Of a stretch of 64,000 nucleotides of DNA, positions 63,862 through 64,000 are shown one piece after another (positions within the stretch are counted from its first letter, which is position 1; each line of letters begins with the position of its first letter). The translations under genes were made by a program, and so were the position numbers. The DNA comes from a virus (taxonomy: Duplodnaviria; Heunggongvirae; Uroviricota; Caudoviricetes), in the IMG/VR virus record IMGVR_UViG_2974564184_000001, positions 977 to 64,976 of that record. One strand, 5' to 3'. The notes beneath the pieces are model-generated. The model was given only the letters and a program-made list of their open reading frames with translations, did no database searches and had not been told where the DNA came from.

Positions 63862-64000
63862 ATGGCAAATCCGATCCAAGGCTACTACTCTGATCTGGTA
63901 CTGGGCAAGGTTGACTCCTCTGACCAGGGCTACTCCTTCCTGGAGATGCCGATTGTTTTCGCTGCTACCACTAAAGCAGGTATTATCGTGAACGCCTCTG
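63862..64000 (+). CDS. major capsid protein (5' fragment, continues beyond window)
   Basis: GAGGAG RBS; MANPIQGYYSDLVLGKVDSSDQGYSFLEMPIVFAATTKAG...; call by synteny. Confidence 0.5.
   Translation, partial: MANPIQGYYSDLVLGKVDSSDQGYSFLEMPIVFAATTKAGIIVNAS

Overview
This window looks like the early/accessory region of a large virulent dsDNA phage of Enterobacteriaceae, running into the start of its morphogenesis module. Its gene content resembles Felix-O1-like or T5-like lineages. The family-level host inference rests on the class Ib nrdH-I-E-F ribonucleotide reductase cluster, whose large subunit (NrdE) is very close to enterobacterial NrdE over long stretches. Nothing suggests a chromosome or a temperate element: there is no integrase or repressor, and genes are densely packed.

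Layout:
- Positions 1-41.7 kb are almost entirely minus-strand genes. They encode nucleotide metabolism (NrdH/I/E/F, ThyX, dNMP kinase, 5'-deoxynucleotidase, MazG-like NTPase), DNA transactions (ATP-dependent ligase, FEN-like exonuclease, DEDDh exonuclease, EndoVII- and RuvC-like resolvases, Dam methyltransferase, HNH endonucleases), PhoH, a GH19 endolysin and many small ORFs of unknown function.
- Near 41.7-41.98 kb transcription diverges at an intergenic hub carrying iterated 24-bp repeats and palindromic operators. From there to the end, genes are on the plus strand.
- 42.3-45.1 kb holds a two-gene NAD+ reconstitution operon (PRPP-synthetase-like plus NAMPT-like).
- 46.3-56.8 kb is a very large tRNA island. 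I could fold about 25 tRNA genes by eye, plus several tRNA-like degenerate or over-long elements, all interspersed with consensus sigma70-like promoters, small ORFs, an HNH endonuclease and a YadA-like trimeric autotransporter adhesin gene.
- 56.9-64 kb encodes an NTase-fold protein, a spanin pair, the terminase large subunit, portal, S78-type prohead protease, a scaffold and the start of the major capsid gene.

Three accessory themes are notable:
- An NAD/ADP-ribose cluster: Sir2, a NADAR-like gene, and the NAD+ reconstitution operon.
- A split Pnkp-like RNA-repair cassette (P-loop kinase, RNA ligase, metallophosphoesterase) plus a phage CCA-adding enzyme, next to the huge tRNA set.
- Several orphan enzymes: a GHKL ATPase, a pol-beta nucleotidyltransferase, a ClpP-like protease, a DprA/SLOG protein, a DUF262 protein and an SPFH lipoprotein.

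All calls come from reading motifs in the supplied translations and sequence. No database searches were run.
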